55,684 nt of DNA from a virus. Taxonomy: Duplodnaviria > Caudoviricetes. Both the position numbers and the translations under genes were made by a program. The notes under the pieces are model-generated. The model was given only the letters and a program-made list of their open reading frames with translations. It made no database searches and was not told where the DNA came from. The stretch's first letter is position 1. Every line of letters begins with the position of its first letter. The DNA is taken from IMG/VR virus record IMGVR_UViG_3300037991_000591, positions 1 through 55,684 of that record. One strand, given 5' to 3'. Below are positions 9,321 to 19,415 of this stretch, piece after piece.

Positions 9321-12300
9321 TTATGGTTTTTTATAGTATTGTATTTTACCATCAGGTCTTTCTAATTGTATGTAATCAACACCGAGTTTACCACTTGGTT
9401 TACCTGAGTTAGGACCAGTTAACGGTACTCGCTTTGTAAAACCTATACTTTTCATTTTGCGAACATCAATAGAATATTTTTCTTTTATTCTAGCTTCTGT
9501 TGCTTCTTCTTTTTTAATAGTACTTTCTCTACCCCAATATGGTAAATCTAAATTCCAACCTGACCAACCTAATAGTAAAGCAACTCTTTGCCATGTCTTA
9601 GTTTCTTCATCAAAAGCTTGACCTATATTCATTGCTTTTCTAAGCACACGATCTAGCGGTAAGTTTGTACTTGCTGATATAATTTGAGAAATAGCTAAGT
9701 AAGCTGGATTATCTAAGCTCCAACCACGTTTTTTTATTTCGTCCATATTCCAGTCAAATGTTTTAGCTGCTGTTCTTAGTTTACGAACTTTAGAATCTAA
9801 TACTGGTGATATATCAAATACACTCCATACAACATCCCTGTATTGAGTGCTTTTCTTTTCAGATTCATCTGCTATTTTCATAGCTACATTTTTAACTGTA
9901 GAAACTATAGCTCCACCAAAACCAAGACCAAACAACAATGAGTCAAGCATACCGTTCGCTATGTTAGCTGCTTTATCTTTATCTTTTTCTTCTGGTTCAT
10001 CATCAAATGCTAAAGCAAATAAAGCTTGTTGTAAAGCGTTAAACACTAAGTTTTGTACAGCAACGTAGTACATTACACTAGATAAATTACTAAGATCACT
10101 TTCACGCTGAGTCATACCTGGTTTTGTACGTCTATTATAAAGATCTTGTATAGACTTTTTAGTTTTTCTATTATACTGCATCGTAACGTTTTGAAACGAA
10201 AGTATAACACGACCAGCTAAACTAGCTTGTTGTTGTGATATTCTACTTGGATTACTTGACTGTTGTGTTTCTTCTGCTATAGCATAGAAATCATCAAATG
10301 TTTTCGCGTCAGCTTCTTGCTCTGTATAGAGTTTACCAGTTTCAGGATTAACTCTATTTTGTAGCGATTGTTTTCTATTTATAAAAAATGTAGCACCACC
10401 CGTTGCAATAGCTACACTATCCATAACTCTTGTAATAGCAAAACCTTTATCAAGTATGTAGTTAATCATACCTTTTATACCACCTTGTCTACCTGCATCT
10501 GCAAGCTCTGCTTCATTTACATTTATTTTTAATCCATCACGTCTGTTTACTAGGTAATCAGAGTTTAATAGTTTCAATACTGTTGGAAAATAATCTTTAC
10601 TTGTAAACGCTTTAGCGGCGTTATATATATTATTATCACCCCAATTTATAAAATTTACATTAGATATTAACTGAAGTAGTCCAGATCTCATGTTTAAGAA
10701 CATAACTGCACCAACAGAACTGTTAAGCCAGTCCATCATTTCATTAACAATACGAGATCCACTACCAACAAATACTGGTCTATTACTACCAGTTTTCATT
10801 CTACGTAATGAATCAACTAATGATTCTCTAAATTTACTACCGTATATAGCTTCTATCTTATTTAAGTTTTCTTTAGAAAATATAATATCTACATTTTCGT
10901 TAAACTCAGTCATTAATTCTTTTCTATAAGTAGTATCTAATCCTTTTAATATATCTGTAGTTATATCACCTGCTAACCAATTAGCTCCTGGAGCTGGATA
11001 TTGTTTATTTTTTTGAACTAATATTACGTTGTCAGCAAAAGGTTTTAATTCTAAATCTGATTCAACAGCTGCAACCAAAGCGTCTATATCTCTTTTGGAC
11101 ATACCTGGTATTTCCATACCCTGTTTATTCCACATGTAAACTCTAATTGCTTGAGATTTACTATAAGGACCAACGCCTATTTCTTCCATTAAAGGATTTT
11201 TACCTCGTTTACTTTTAAGAGTTGGGAAAGCTTCTCTCAATGCAGCGAAATCATTTGCTACAGTTACTTTAGAAGATAATAATTCTTGCTCTGCTTTATT
11301 ATAAGGATCCATTAAGTTTTCTTTAATAAACTGAGCGTGTTTATTACCTTGTTTACCTTTACCCATAAAAGCATACATTAATCCCATGAAATCATCAGCC
11401 GATGGTGTAATAGTAAATTGATTTATAAATCTTTTAAATACACCTTTATCTTTTTGTTTACCTTCTAATCTTGCTCTAGCGTCAGAGTATTTTTTAAAAT
11501 CTTCTTTACCAGTAACTTCTTCTATTTGTTTATTAAACTCTTTATTTAATCTAGTTGGTTTATCAGCAATAGCCTGTTGCACGTCTGATTTAACATCTAT
11601 TTGATCTAAAACGTTTTTTACTTGTTGAACGTTTAATAATGAGTCATCAGAAAAATAAAAATCATTATAACCTTCTGTAGCTTTTTCTAAAAACCAATCA
11701 GCTTTTGCTTGTGGATCACCGTTTCCTAAGCCAGTTATATTTGATATAGGTATATTTAAACCAATATTTTTAAGAAATATTTGTATTGCTTCTGCGGAAG
11801 CACCTGGTCTAGCTGTTACCACAAATATATCTTTTGGTCCAAATTTAGCTTGTTTTTTTCTAGCTTCACTAACCATAGGTCCTTCTAATGTAGATATGTC
11901 TACGTTTTCAAAATTGCTAAAATCAAACTCAGCGCCATTAGCAGTTAGTTCTTCTGCTTGTACAGCAAATTCACCTGCGGTTAATTCACCAGTTGTACCG
12001 TCTGGCATTGTGTATTTAACTTTTTCTTTTGTTAAAGCTAATGTATCGTCAAAATCAAAAGCACTTAATCCTTTTTCTTTTTTATCTACTTTTTGAGCAT
12101 CAACCCTAACATCTTGTGAGTTTATTAAAGTTTGTTTTATTTGAGTAGCGTTTTGTTTTTTACTAACAATATCTGCTGCAATTTCTACTGTTTTGTTTCT
12201 TGCTTGATCTTCTAGTTTTAATATATCTTGAACAGCTGGTGTTTGCATTAACTTTTCAAAAGACTTTGGACTGTCTAAATTAAAATTAGATTTTTCACCT

Positions 12301-15300
12301 GTAACTTTTATATTAGCTGGTACAAAAGCTAAAGTTGGAGTTATATTACCGTTTGCATCCGTTCCGGATCTTTTAAATCTAAAAACCATATCTACAGTAC
12401 CTTCAAGTTTAGGAACTGGCAAATTCAATGGATTTTCACCCATATAAAATAAACCTTGACCTTGTATATTTATATAGTATACAGGTGGTTGTTTTTTATT
12501 ATATAATTCAGATATAACATCAGCACTAACTGTTTCTTTAGTAGTAGTTGCTTTTTGTAACCCAGCTTTTTGAGCTTGCATCCAAGCTGTTTTTGGTATT
12601 TTTTTAGAACTAGTTGTTAAATCAACGCCTTGTTTTTTAATATCTTTAGCCCAAGATGTTAATTTAGGTTTAGATTTTTTAACAATATTATCCATAACTG
12701 ATTGAAGCTCTGGACTATATTTGTCGTATGTAAATTTAAAATTACCCGTGTTAAAATCATAAGTACCATTTACACTACTATATTGAGCATTGTCTAGTTT
12801 AGACTCACCTAAAAACTCAAAACCATTAAGTTCAAAAGCAAAATCAAAGTTTCTATACCTACCTTTTTCTGAAGGTTTTTTTAATATAACTTTTAAACCA
12901 GGAAATTTACTTTCTAACTCTATTGCGTTATTAATAATTAATTGTTCAAAAGCTTTATCTCTTTTTAAACCATCAGTTTCCATAACCTTTTCAACAAGAT
13001 ACTCAGTGTCTAACGTGTTGTTTTCTAGACTTTCTTGTGTTATTTCTTGCTCAAAAGTATTTTGTAAACTATCTGCTTCTTTTTTACTTAAACCTAAAGC
13101 TTTTCTTATACTATCAATACCAGCTTTTATAGACTTTACAATGTCTTTTGTTTTGCTATAAGTATCTTTAATTATATTTAAACCGCTTTTTATTGCTTTA
13201 GCTACTTGATTAACCGGTAAACCAGCGTATAAAGTCCCAGCTTGATCTTGTATAAATGAATCTACATTATCTATAGCTTCTTGTAATGTTTGCTCTACAA
13301 TATCCTCTACAACATCTAGTGAAACATCTTCTTTAACCCTCTGATCAGCATCGGCTTGGAATTGATCCATAAATTGGTCAGCATTTAAATCAGAACCTTT
13401 TAATTCTAAAACATCATTAAGCTTATTCATAAAGTCAGCATCAGCTTTCATAGCTTGAACTTCTTCTACAACAGCACCTTCAGCTAATATACTAAACAAA
13501 GATTGTGATCTTTTTTCATTAGCTTTAAAATAATCTTTTATTTCTTGTAATTTTTCTGGTGTAGTTTTAGGTATTCTAAAAACTTGTTTTTTAAAGTCGG
13601 TACGCTTACCATCTTTAATTTGTTTAGTAGGTGTTCTACCAATTTCTTCAATACCAAATAATTTACCAAACCTACCTTTAATAGTAGCTAGCGGTAATGA
13701 GTTTATAAAGTCTTGATTGATAACATCGTCTACAAATTGATTATATTGTGGTGAACCAAACCTACCTATTGCACCTTTGATTACGTTTCTAATTTCTTTT
13801 TGCTGAGTCTTTTTTATAATATCTTTTGCTACTATATCTGGACTAACACCTTTATCGTTAATTGATCTTATTATTTCATCTTTAACTTTAGCGTTTTGAG
13901 TTTCTCTTACTTCAGGTGTGAGTTTTTCTGCAACAACTTCTAGTTGTGATGGATATATTTTTGCTCTACCAGTTTCTTGAGGTGTAACATCTATATCAAC
14001 TTCTTCAGCTACAACCTCTCTAGCTTCAGGTCTGTCTAAAGTAGTTGCATCTTTTTGGCCAATGTATTTATCATATATACCTTGTGCTTTTGGAGCAATG
14101 TTAGCAGTTACAAATGTAGAAAAAGATCCTTTATCAGGTGACCATCTATCCATTATACCTGCAAACTCTTTATTTATTTCAGCTATAGCATCTTCTCTAG
14201 CTATGTCACCTTTACGAGTATCAAACTTAATTGCAGCTAAACCTATTTTATTGTATTGATCTAATAAAGCTTCTATATCTACAGCAGAAGGATCTTGCTG
14301 ATATTGAGTAGCTAATTCATCTGCTTTAGGTGATGATTTTCTAGTTGGTAAAATACTCATACCTACCACATTAGCTCTTTCTGTTTCTACATCGGCTACT
14401 AGTTCACCTAATCTACTATTTATTTCGTTTACTCTATCAGTATCTTTTGTTGTTAAAGCAGAATCATCAACTTGTTTTATTTTTTGTTGTAATTTGTTTT
14501 TTTCAATTAACAAAGAAGCGGCTTCAACATTTTCGTTCAAACCTAAAGGTTTTAATTGTTGAGTAGCTTGAGTTACATCTCTAAAGTTTTCTTGTATATT
14601 ATTAGCTTGTTCTTGATTTATTTTACCTAATTCTAAATCTTTAGTAACTTGTTGGTCTAATATTGTTTTAGCTTTTGGTGTTTGTGCTATTTTTAATTCT
14701 TCTAAACCACTAATTGGTTTTGATAAATCTACAGGTGTAGAATAAACCTCTGTAATATTATTAACGTTAAAATCGGGATTTATTTTTGCAACACTTTTGT
14801 TTATTTTATTAATAGCTAGTGCTTCTTGTATACCGTTTTTAAACTGCATTACATTTATAGGCCCGGCATATGTTGTCCCACCACCAACACCCTGTATGAA
14901 AGCGTCGTTAACTCCTTCAAACGGATCTTTACCGTTTATCATGTTTTGAGTTATTTGAGTTGCAACTTCTTCTATACCTTCACCTAGTGCACCTGCTGGA
15001 GCTCCTGCTTTTTTAAGAGCTTGTTCATACATTTCAATTAATCCGTTTCTAAATACTTTTGCTCCTTGTTGTTTTCCCTCTTTTAATAATATGTCTTTAT
15101 ATACTTTACCTAAAGTCCCACTACCAATAGCAGAAAAAACTGTTTCAGCTCCTGCTAAACCTATTGCTTTAGCTGTTAAATCAAATTCACTAGCACCTGG
15201 ATTTTCTTCTCTTAATCTTTCAAGTTCAGGTCCTAAAAACATAGGGGTTGAACCAGCGGCTAATTTAGGTATACTTGTACTAGCTCCACCCGCCATCATA

Positions 15301-16097
15301 CCTATGCTTACTGGAGCGCTTTCTGCTAAGCCACTTCCTAATTGTTTAAAACCATCTGACCAATTACCTTTTTTAAAATTTTCATAAATACCTTCAGTGT
15401 CGTAATTTTCATTATTCCAAATAGCTTGTTCTTTGCTTAGTTTTTCAGTTTCTTTTTGATAAAACTCTAATAAAGGATTTGTTATACCAAATTCTTCTTT
15501 AAATTTTTTAGAACTAGCCTCTGCTGATTTAGGTAAAACACCGGCTTTTACTAATAAATTTTGAGGCATAGAAAATATATCATAAAAACTTTCACCTAAA
15601 CTAAACATCATTTCACCTAATGTTGTACTACCTTTAGCTAAATCTACAGTTGCAAGCTTTTCTAAATAAGATTTTTTAGCTATTTTATCTTTTTCTATTT
15701 GTTCTTTATCTTGCAAGCTTCTTAAAGCTGTGTTATGATCCTCAATAGATTTATTCAACTTAGTTAAAGTATCATTATACATTTTAATTCTATTAGGAGA
15801 ATCCATAGCATCCATTTCCATATCTCCTCCAGATATTTGAATTAAATCAGTTTCTAGTTTATTTATATTGTTTTGAGAGTTTTTAAAATCAAATTCTTCT
15901 ACATCTATTTCAGGTTCTATAGGCTCTGTAGCTGAAGCAATAGTTAAAGGTATAGGTTTTTCTTCTACAACTTCTTCAACTTCCTCTTCAACTTGTGGTT
16001 GAGGATTATTTTTCTTCCATTCCTCTACTTTAGTATATATCTCTTCTTGAGATAAATTCTGATTCTGTAAAGAAATAACGTATTCTTGTAGAGTCAT
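9321..16097 (-). CDS. Giant (2258 aa) putative internal virion/ejection polyvalent protein with sigma region-2-like, PD-(D/E)XK-like and HAD domains
   Basis: Lies after the tail genes where podoviral ejection proteins sit. Motifs: EDAIAE...DRWSPDKGSFSTF; FEQ...FDF...GESK; AFDFDDTL/VTAR/K/SDD. Confidence 0.7.
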   Translation of the reverse strand: MTLQEYVISLQNQNLSQEEIYTKVEEWKKNNPQPQVEEEVEEVVEEKPIPLTIASATEPIEPEIDVEEFDFKNSQNNINKLETDLIQISGGDMEMDAMDSPNRIKMYNDTLTKLNKSIEDHNTALRSLQDKEQIEKDKIAKKSYLEKLATVDLAKGSTTLGEMMFSLGESFYDIFSMPQNLLVKAGVLPKSAEASSKKFKEEFGITNPLLEFYQKETEKLSKEQAIWNNENYDTEGIYENFKKGNWSDGFKQLGSGLAESAPVSIGMMAGGASTSIPKLAAGSTPMFLGPELERLREENPGASEFDLTAKAIGLAGAETVFSAIGSGTLGKVYKDILLKEGKQQGAKVFRNGLIEMYEQALKKAGAPAGALGEGIEEVATQITQNMINGKDPFEGVNDAFIQGVGGGTTYAGPINVMQFKNGIQEALAINKINKSVAKINPDFNVNNITEVYSTPVDLSKPISGLEELKIAQTPKAKTILDQQVTKDLELGKINQEQANNIQENFRDVTQATQQLKPLGLNENVEAASLLIEKNKLQQKIKQVDDSALTTKDTDRVNEINSRLGELVADVETERANVVGMSILPTRKSSPKADELATQYQQDPSAVDIEALLDQYNKIGLAAIKFDTRKGDIAREDAIAEINKEFAGIMDRWSPDKGSFSTFVTANIAPKAQGIYDKYIGQKDATTLDRPEAREVVAEEVDIDVTPQETGRAKIYPSQLEVVAEKLTPEVRETQNAKVKDEIIRSINDKGVSPDIVAKDIIKKTQQKEIRNVIKGAIGRFGSPQYNQFVDDVINQDFINSLPLATIKGRFGKLFGIEEIGRTPTKQIKDGKRTDFKKQVFRIPKTTPEKLQEIKDYFKANEKRSQSLFSILAEGAVVEEVQAMKADADFMNKLNDVLELKGSDLNADQFMDQFQADADQRVKEDVSLDVVEDIVEQTLQEAIDNVDSFIQDQAGTLYAGLPVNQVAKAIKSGLNIIKDTYSKTKDIVKSIKAGIDSIRKALGLSKKEADSLQNTFEQEITQESLENNTLDTEYLVEKVMETDGLKRDKAFEQLIINNAIELESKFPGLKVILKKPSEKGRYRNFDFAFELNGFEFLGESKLDNAQYSSVNGTYDFNTGNFKFTYDKYSPELQSVMDNIVKKSKPKLTSWAKDIKKQGVDLTTSSKKIPKTAWMQAQKAGLQKATTTKETVSADVISELYNKKQPPVYYINIQGQGLFYMGENPLNLPVPKLEGTVDMVFRFKRSGTDANGNITPTLAFVPANIKVTGEKSNFNLDSPKSFEKLMQTPAVQDILKLEDQARNKTVEIAADIVSKKQNATQIKQTLINSQDVRVDAQKVDKKEKGLSAFDFDDTLALTKEKVKYTMPDGTTGELTAGEFAVQAEELTANGAEFDFSNFENVDISTLEGPMVSEARKKQAKFGPKDIFVVTARPGASAEAIQIFLKNIGLNIPISNITGLGNGDPQAKADWFLEKATEGYNDFYFSDDSLLNVQQVKNVLDQIDVKSDVQQAIADKPTRLNKEFNKQIEEVTGKEDFKKYSDARARLEGKQKDKGVFKRFINQFTITPSADDFMGLMYAFMGKGKQGNKHAQFIKENLMDPYNKAEQELLSSKVTVANDFAALREAFPTLKSKRGKNPLMEEIGVGPYSKSQAIRVYMWNKQGMEIPGMSKRDIDALVAAVESDLELKPFADNVILVQKNKQYPAPGANWLAGDITTDILKGLDTTYRKELMTEFNENVDIIFSKENLNKIEAIYGSKFRESLVDSLRRMKTGSNRPVFVGSGSRIVNEMMDWLNSSVGAVMFLNMRSGLLQLISNVNFINWGDNNIYNAAKAFTSKDYFPTVLKLLNSDYLVNRRDGLKINVNEAELADAGRQGGIKGMINYILDKGFAITRVMDSVAIATGGATFFINRKQSLQNRVNPETGKLYTEQEADAKTFDDFYAIAEETQQSSNPSRISQQQASLAGRVILSFQNVTMQYNRKTKKSIQDLYNRRTKPGMTQRESDLSNLSSVMYYVAVQNLVFNALQQALFALAFDDEPEEKDKDKAANIANGMLDSLLFGLGFGGAIVSTVKNVAMKIADESEKKSTQYRDVVWSVFDISPVLDSKVRKLRTAAKTFDWNMDEIKKRGWSLDNPAYLAISQIISASTNLPLDRVLRKAMNIGQAFDEETKTWQRVALLLGWSGWNLDLPYWGRESTIKKEEATEARIKEKYSIDVRKMKSIGFTKRVPLTGPNSGKPSGKLGVDYIQLERPDGKIQYYKKP

Positions 16098-17201
16098 TTA
16101 ACTTAATTTATTATCTTGTAAGAACTTATCAGCTTTTGCTTTTTTACCTTCTTCTAAATCAAACACAGCTGCGTCTGCTTGTACTGTTGGTATTTGGTTG
16201 GTAGTAAATTGTTTTAAATAGTTATTCATAAAGTATTCTTTATATTTAACCATAAATAATTCTTTTTTATCTTGCATTAATGGTAAGTCTTCTTCATATG
16301 ACCAAGCCACAAAACCAGCATTAGCGTTTTGAGCCATTTGATCATCTTCTGATACACTAGTACCAGCACCAATAAACACATTCCATGCAGCAACTACAGA
16401 TTGCTCAGAGCTTAGCATACCTGCAACCTCAGCGTTTATAAATGGAGTTACTTTTCTTTCAATTTTATCTAGATCAAATTTAAGTAAGTTTCTACCTTTA
16501 CCCATACCTATATCTACAATTTCATAATCATAACTACCATCAGAATTTTTTAATACAAATTCATCTGCTATTTTAGCACCAGGCATTAGTTCACCTGTTT
16601 CAGGATTACTAGATCCACCAGCCATAACACCAACTTCACCTAATAATCTTAACATATCTTTATTTATGTTAGGAGTTGTAGCTACTATATCTGTCCCTGA
16701 CTCCATTAGAGCATCTAGAGCGTCACTATTTATTACAAAAGGTTTATCTAGCATAGGACCTTCAAAAATCATTCTCTGTGATCCGTTTTCTAGTAGCTGT
16801 AAAGACACGTTATAACCATCACTTTTAGCAAATGTAGGTTTACCAGTTAATATTGCGTTAGCCACAGCATATGCGTAGTTTTGATTAACATCATAATACA
16901 TATCATTAGTAACTATGAGTTGAGATCCAATATTAGTTATAAATTCTAATGATTTTTTTGGAGCTTCCATTAAAAATTTTAATCTGTCTGTTTCGTATTT
17001 ACAACCAGGTTCAATACACTGATTATTATTTAAAGCTGTTTTTAGTTCGGCATATACTTTACCTGTGTTTTCATAAGCTCTATCTAATATAGCAAAGTTA
17101 TAATCGGCTGTACTAGCTATATAAGCAGGATTATAACCTAAAGCATTGCTTTGATTTAATTGTTTTATAAACAGATTGATTTTTATATTTTTATCTTCCA
17201 T
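16098..17201 (-). CDS. Putative internal virion protein
   Basis: 367-aa ORF between the pilot-like protein and the giant protein; call is by synteny only. Confidence 0.5.
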   Translation of the reverse strand: MEDKNIKINLFIKQLNQSNALGYNPAYIASTADYNFAILDRAYENTGKVYAELKTALNNNQCIEPGCKYETDRLKFLMEAPKKSLEFITNIGSQLIVTNDMYYDVNQNYAYAVANAILTGKPTFAKSDGYNVSLQLLENGSQRMIFEGPMLDKPFVINSDALDALMESGTDIVATTPNINKDMLRLLGEVGVMAGGSSNPETGELMPGAKIADEFVLKNSDGSYDYEIVDIGMGKGRNLLKFDLDKIERKVTPFINAEVAGMLSSEQSVVAAWNVFIGAGTSVSEDDQMAQNANAGFVAWSYEEDLPLMQDKKELFMVKYKEYFMNNYLKQFTTNQIPTVQADAAVFDLEEGKKAKADKFLQDNKLS

Positions 17202-17211
17202 TGTAATTTAT

Positions 17212-17874
17212 TTATGAACCCCAATCAGCACCACCTAGTATACCAGCTGCGGCACCAATACCTCCTGTTAATGCTGCGGTTGAGTCAGCGCTTGCTTGAG
17301 CTGCTGCTCCACGCAAAGCACCAATTTGATTAGATAATCTATTAAGTTGTTGCATGTCTCTAGTTTCTTGGGCTTGAAACATGTATTGCTCACCTTGAAC
17401 ATCAGCCATTTGTTGTCTTTGAGCTTCTGCCATTCGTTGTCTTTGTAATGTAGCTTCACCTTGTAGTCTTTGCTTTTCATTAGCAGCTTCTTGTTGTTCT
17501 ATATTAGCAGCAATACCTTTTTTACTTTGCAACGCAGCTTGTGCTAAAGCAGTTGCGCCACCAGCACTACCACCAGTAGCTCTTATAGTATCTAGTGTAT
17601 TAGCTAAAGCTATATCAGTTTGTTCCATTTGTATTTCAGTAGCTTTTGTAGCTACAGATAAATTAGCAAAAGGATTTGAAAGCATACTACTTAAATCAGT
17701 TATATTAGCATAAGGATCTGTTATCTCTTGTCTATTTTCTTCTAATTGATTTAGTTTATATTCCAAACCACGAGCCTGTATCTCTCTATTTCTAGCTTCA
17801 CGCTTAGCTCTACTAGAACCTATAATACCACCGACTAAGCTTACTGCTCCACCTATTATTGCTGCTGCTGGCAT
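17212..17874 (-). CDS. Putative ejection/DNA-pilot-like virion protein
   Basis: Gly/Ala hydrophobic termini flanking a Gln/Ala-rich coiled coil. Confidence 0.6.
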   Translation of the reverse strand: MPAAAIIGGAVSLVGGIIGSSRAKREARNREIQARGLEYKLNQLEENRQEITDPYANITDLSSMLSNPFANLSVATKATEIQMEQTDIALANTLDTIRATGGSAGGATALAQAALQSKKGIAANIEQQEAANEKQRLQGEATLQRQRMAEAQRQQMADVQGEQYMFQAQETRDMQQLNRLSNQIGALRGAAAQASADSTAALTGGIGAAAGILGGADWGS

Positions 17875-17892
17875 AATGTTAAATTTTTATTA

Positions 17893-19383
17893 TTAATATC
17901 CATTGTTTGAATCAAATTTTGCTCCTACTGAAAATAATACTTTTGCACCACCAAGGTTTGTTACATTATCAGTTGAAAAAGTTGCTGTAGTATAATAACC
18001 TTTTATACCACTTATCGCGTCTCCAAATATTATTTCACCACTACTTGGAGCTGAGTTGTTTATTACATTTGCTACGTAAGCGTTTTCTTTTCTATTAAAC
18101 CCAGCGTAATATCTTGGTAATGCTGGATCACTAGTTCCTAAAGTTCCAACGTAGTTTGCTCTTGTAACAGCACCACCACCAACTGGATTAAATACGTATT
18201 CACCACCATAATAACTTAGTATAGATGTTATAGTGTCATTATTATTTTGATAAGTACTAGTTGAAGGGTTTACATCTTCGCCTGTAGCTGTTGAAATTAA
18301 AGATCTTACTTCCCAACCATTGCTTCCTTCGTAACTTATTGTACTAAAAGTTTTAGATACTAATGGTTCGGGATTAAATATAACTGTTATAGTACTTGCA
18401 AATGGAGTTGCAGATCCATAGAAAACACCTCTTAAAACAGTTGGATCATAATGTTTATATAAACCTGTAGAATTAGTACTATAGAAATTGTTTCTAATAC
18501 TCATCATTTGATCTGGTCTATAATCAAACAAGCTAGTCCAACCTTGAACACCTTCATCATAAGTAACAGTATTGAAATTTGGAGTAGATGTGTATAAATC
18601 ACTTTGTTGAGTAGATAAAACATATTGGTCATTGTAAATATCCCAACCACCTATAGCAAAACCAGAACTACCACCTAAATCTAAGTTGTTTAACTCATCT
18701 CTAAAAAAGTCTCTCATGCCTAATTGTGATATTTCAATTATGCTATTACCTCTTAAAGATAAAACTACATTATTGTTTTTATCTGTAAAATATTTATTAT
18801 TACCGTATACAGCAAAGCTTTCTGGATTTTTACTAATACCATATTTACCTGGTATTGGTTGTATAACACCTATAACTAAATTGCTAGATGTAACAGCACC
18901 TCCACCTTCCGCAGAATATATAGCGTCTTTATCTATTAAAGCTCTACTAATTTTACTTTCTTGAAATACAAATAGATTTGTATCTTCTGCATATAGTTTT
19001 TGTATTGAACCATTTGCTGGATCTGCTGCTTTTTCAATATCATCAGCTGTTGAAAATACATTAGTATTGTTTATCCCCGTTCGTGAATTAAATATACCAG
19101 AATATATTAACGCATTAAATCTTTTGTAACCAGCGGGTTCTGCTTCTACTAAATAAGCTTTTGCTCCATAATCTACAGATGTATTATTAAAACCTCCTCT
19201 AATTCTAGATTCTTCTAATACATAATCATTTTCATCTGGACTACCGATAACTGTATTAGGATATGATCCATTTAAAGAAGATGGTATTCCAAAAGAACCA
19301 TTCCATATAGGATTGTCGCCTCCATCACTCACCTTCTTTAATATAAAAGAGTTAAAATATTTTATTTCAATAGTTGCACCCAT
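17893..19383 (-). CDS. Tail structural protein (stabilisation/nozzle-like)
   Basis: Beta-rich; YGISKNPESFA and GGWD motifs; follows the large tail protein. Confidence 0.6.
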   Translation of the reverse strand: MGATIEIKYFNSFILKKVSDGGDNPIWNGSFGIPSSLNGSYPNTVIGSPDENDYVLEESRIRGGFNNTSVDYGAKAYLVEAEPAGYKRFNALIYSGIFNSRTGINNTNVFSTADDIEKAADPANGSIQKLYAEDTNLFVFQESKISRALIDKDAIYSAEGGGAVTSSNLVIGVIQPIPGKYGISKNPESFAVYGNNKYFTDKNNNVVLSLRGNSIIEISQLGMRDFFRDELNNLDLGGSSGFAIGGWDIYNDQYVLSTQQSDLYTSTPNFNTVTYDEGVQGWTSLFDYRPDQMMSIRNNFYSTNSTGLYKHYDPTVLRGVFYGSATPFASTITVIFNPEPLVSKTFSTISYEGSNGWEVRSLISTATGEDVNPSTSTYQNNNDTITSILSYYGGEYVFNPVGGGAVTRANYVGTLGTSDPALPRYYAGFNRKENAYVANVINNSAPSSGEIIFGDAISGIKGYYTTATFSTDNVTNLGGAKVLFSVGAKFDSNNGY

Positions 19384-19387
19384 ATTT

Positions 19388-19415
19388 TATGATTACATGT
19401 TTTATATTATTTCTA
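19388..19415 (-). promoter_or_regulatory. Putative late promoter
   Basis: TAGAAA-N13-GTAATCATA, immediately upstream of ATG 19383. Confidence 0.45.

Noticed and set aside
12037-12063. Virion RNA polymerase catalytic motif in the giant protein (DFDD)
   Set aside because: It is DxDxT followed by HAD motifs II-IV, not the DxDxD motif of double-psi-barrel polymerases.
9847-15387. Plus-strand ORFs antisense to the giant protein (and similar ones opposite groEL, scaffold and fibre genes)
   Set aside because: They are Ser/Leu/Phe-rich shadow ORFs produced by codon bias on the coding strand.
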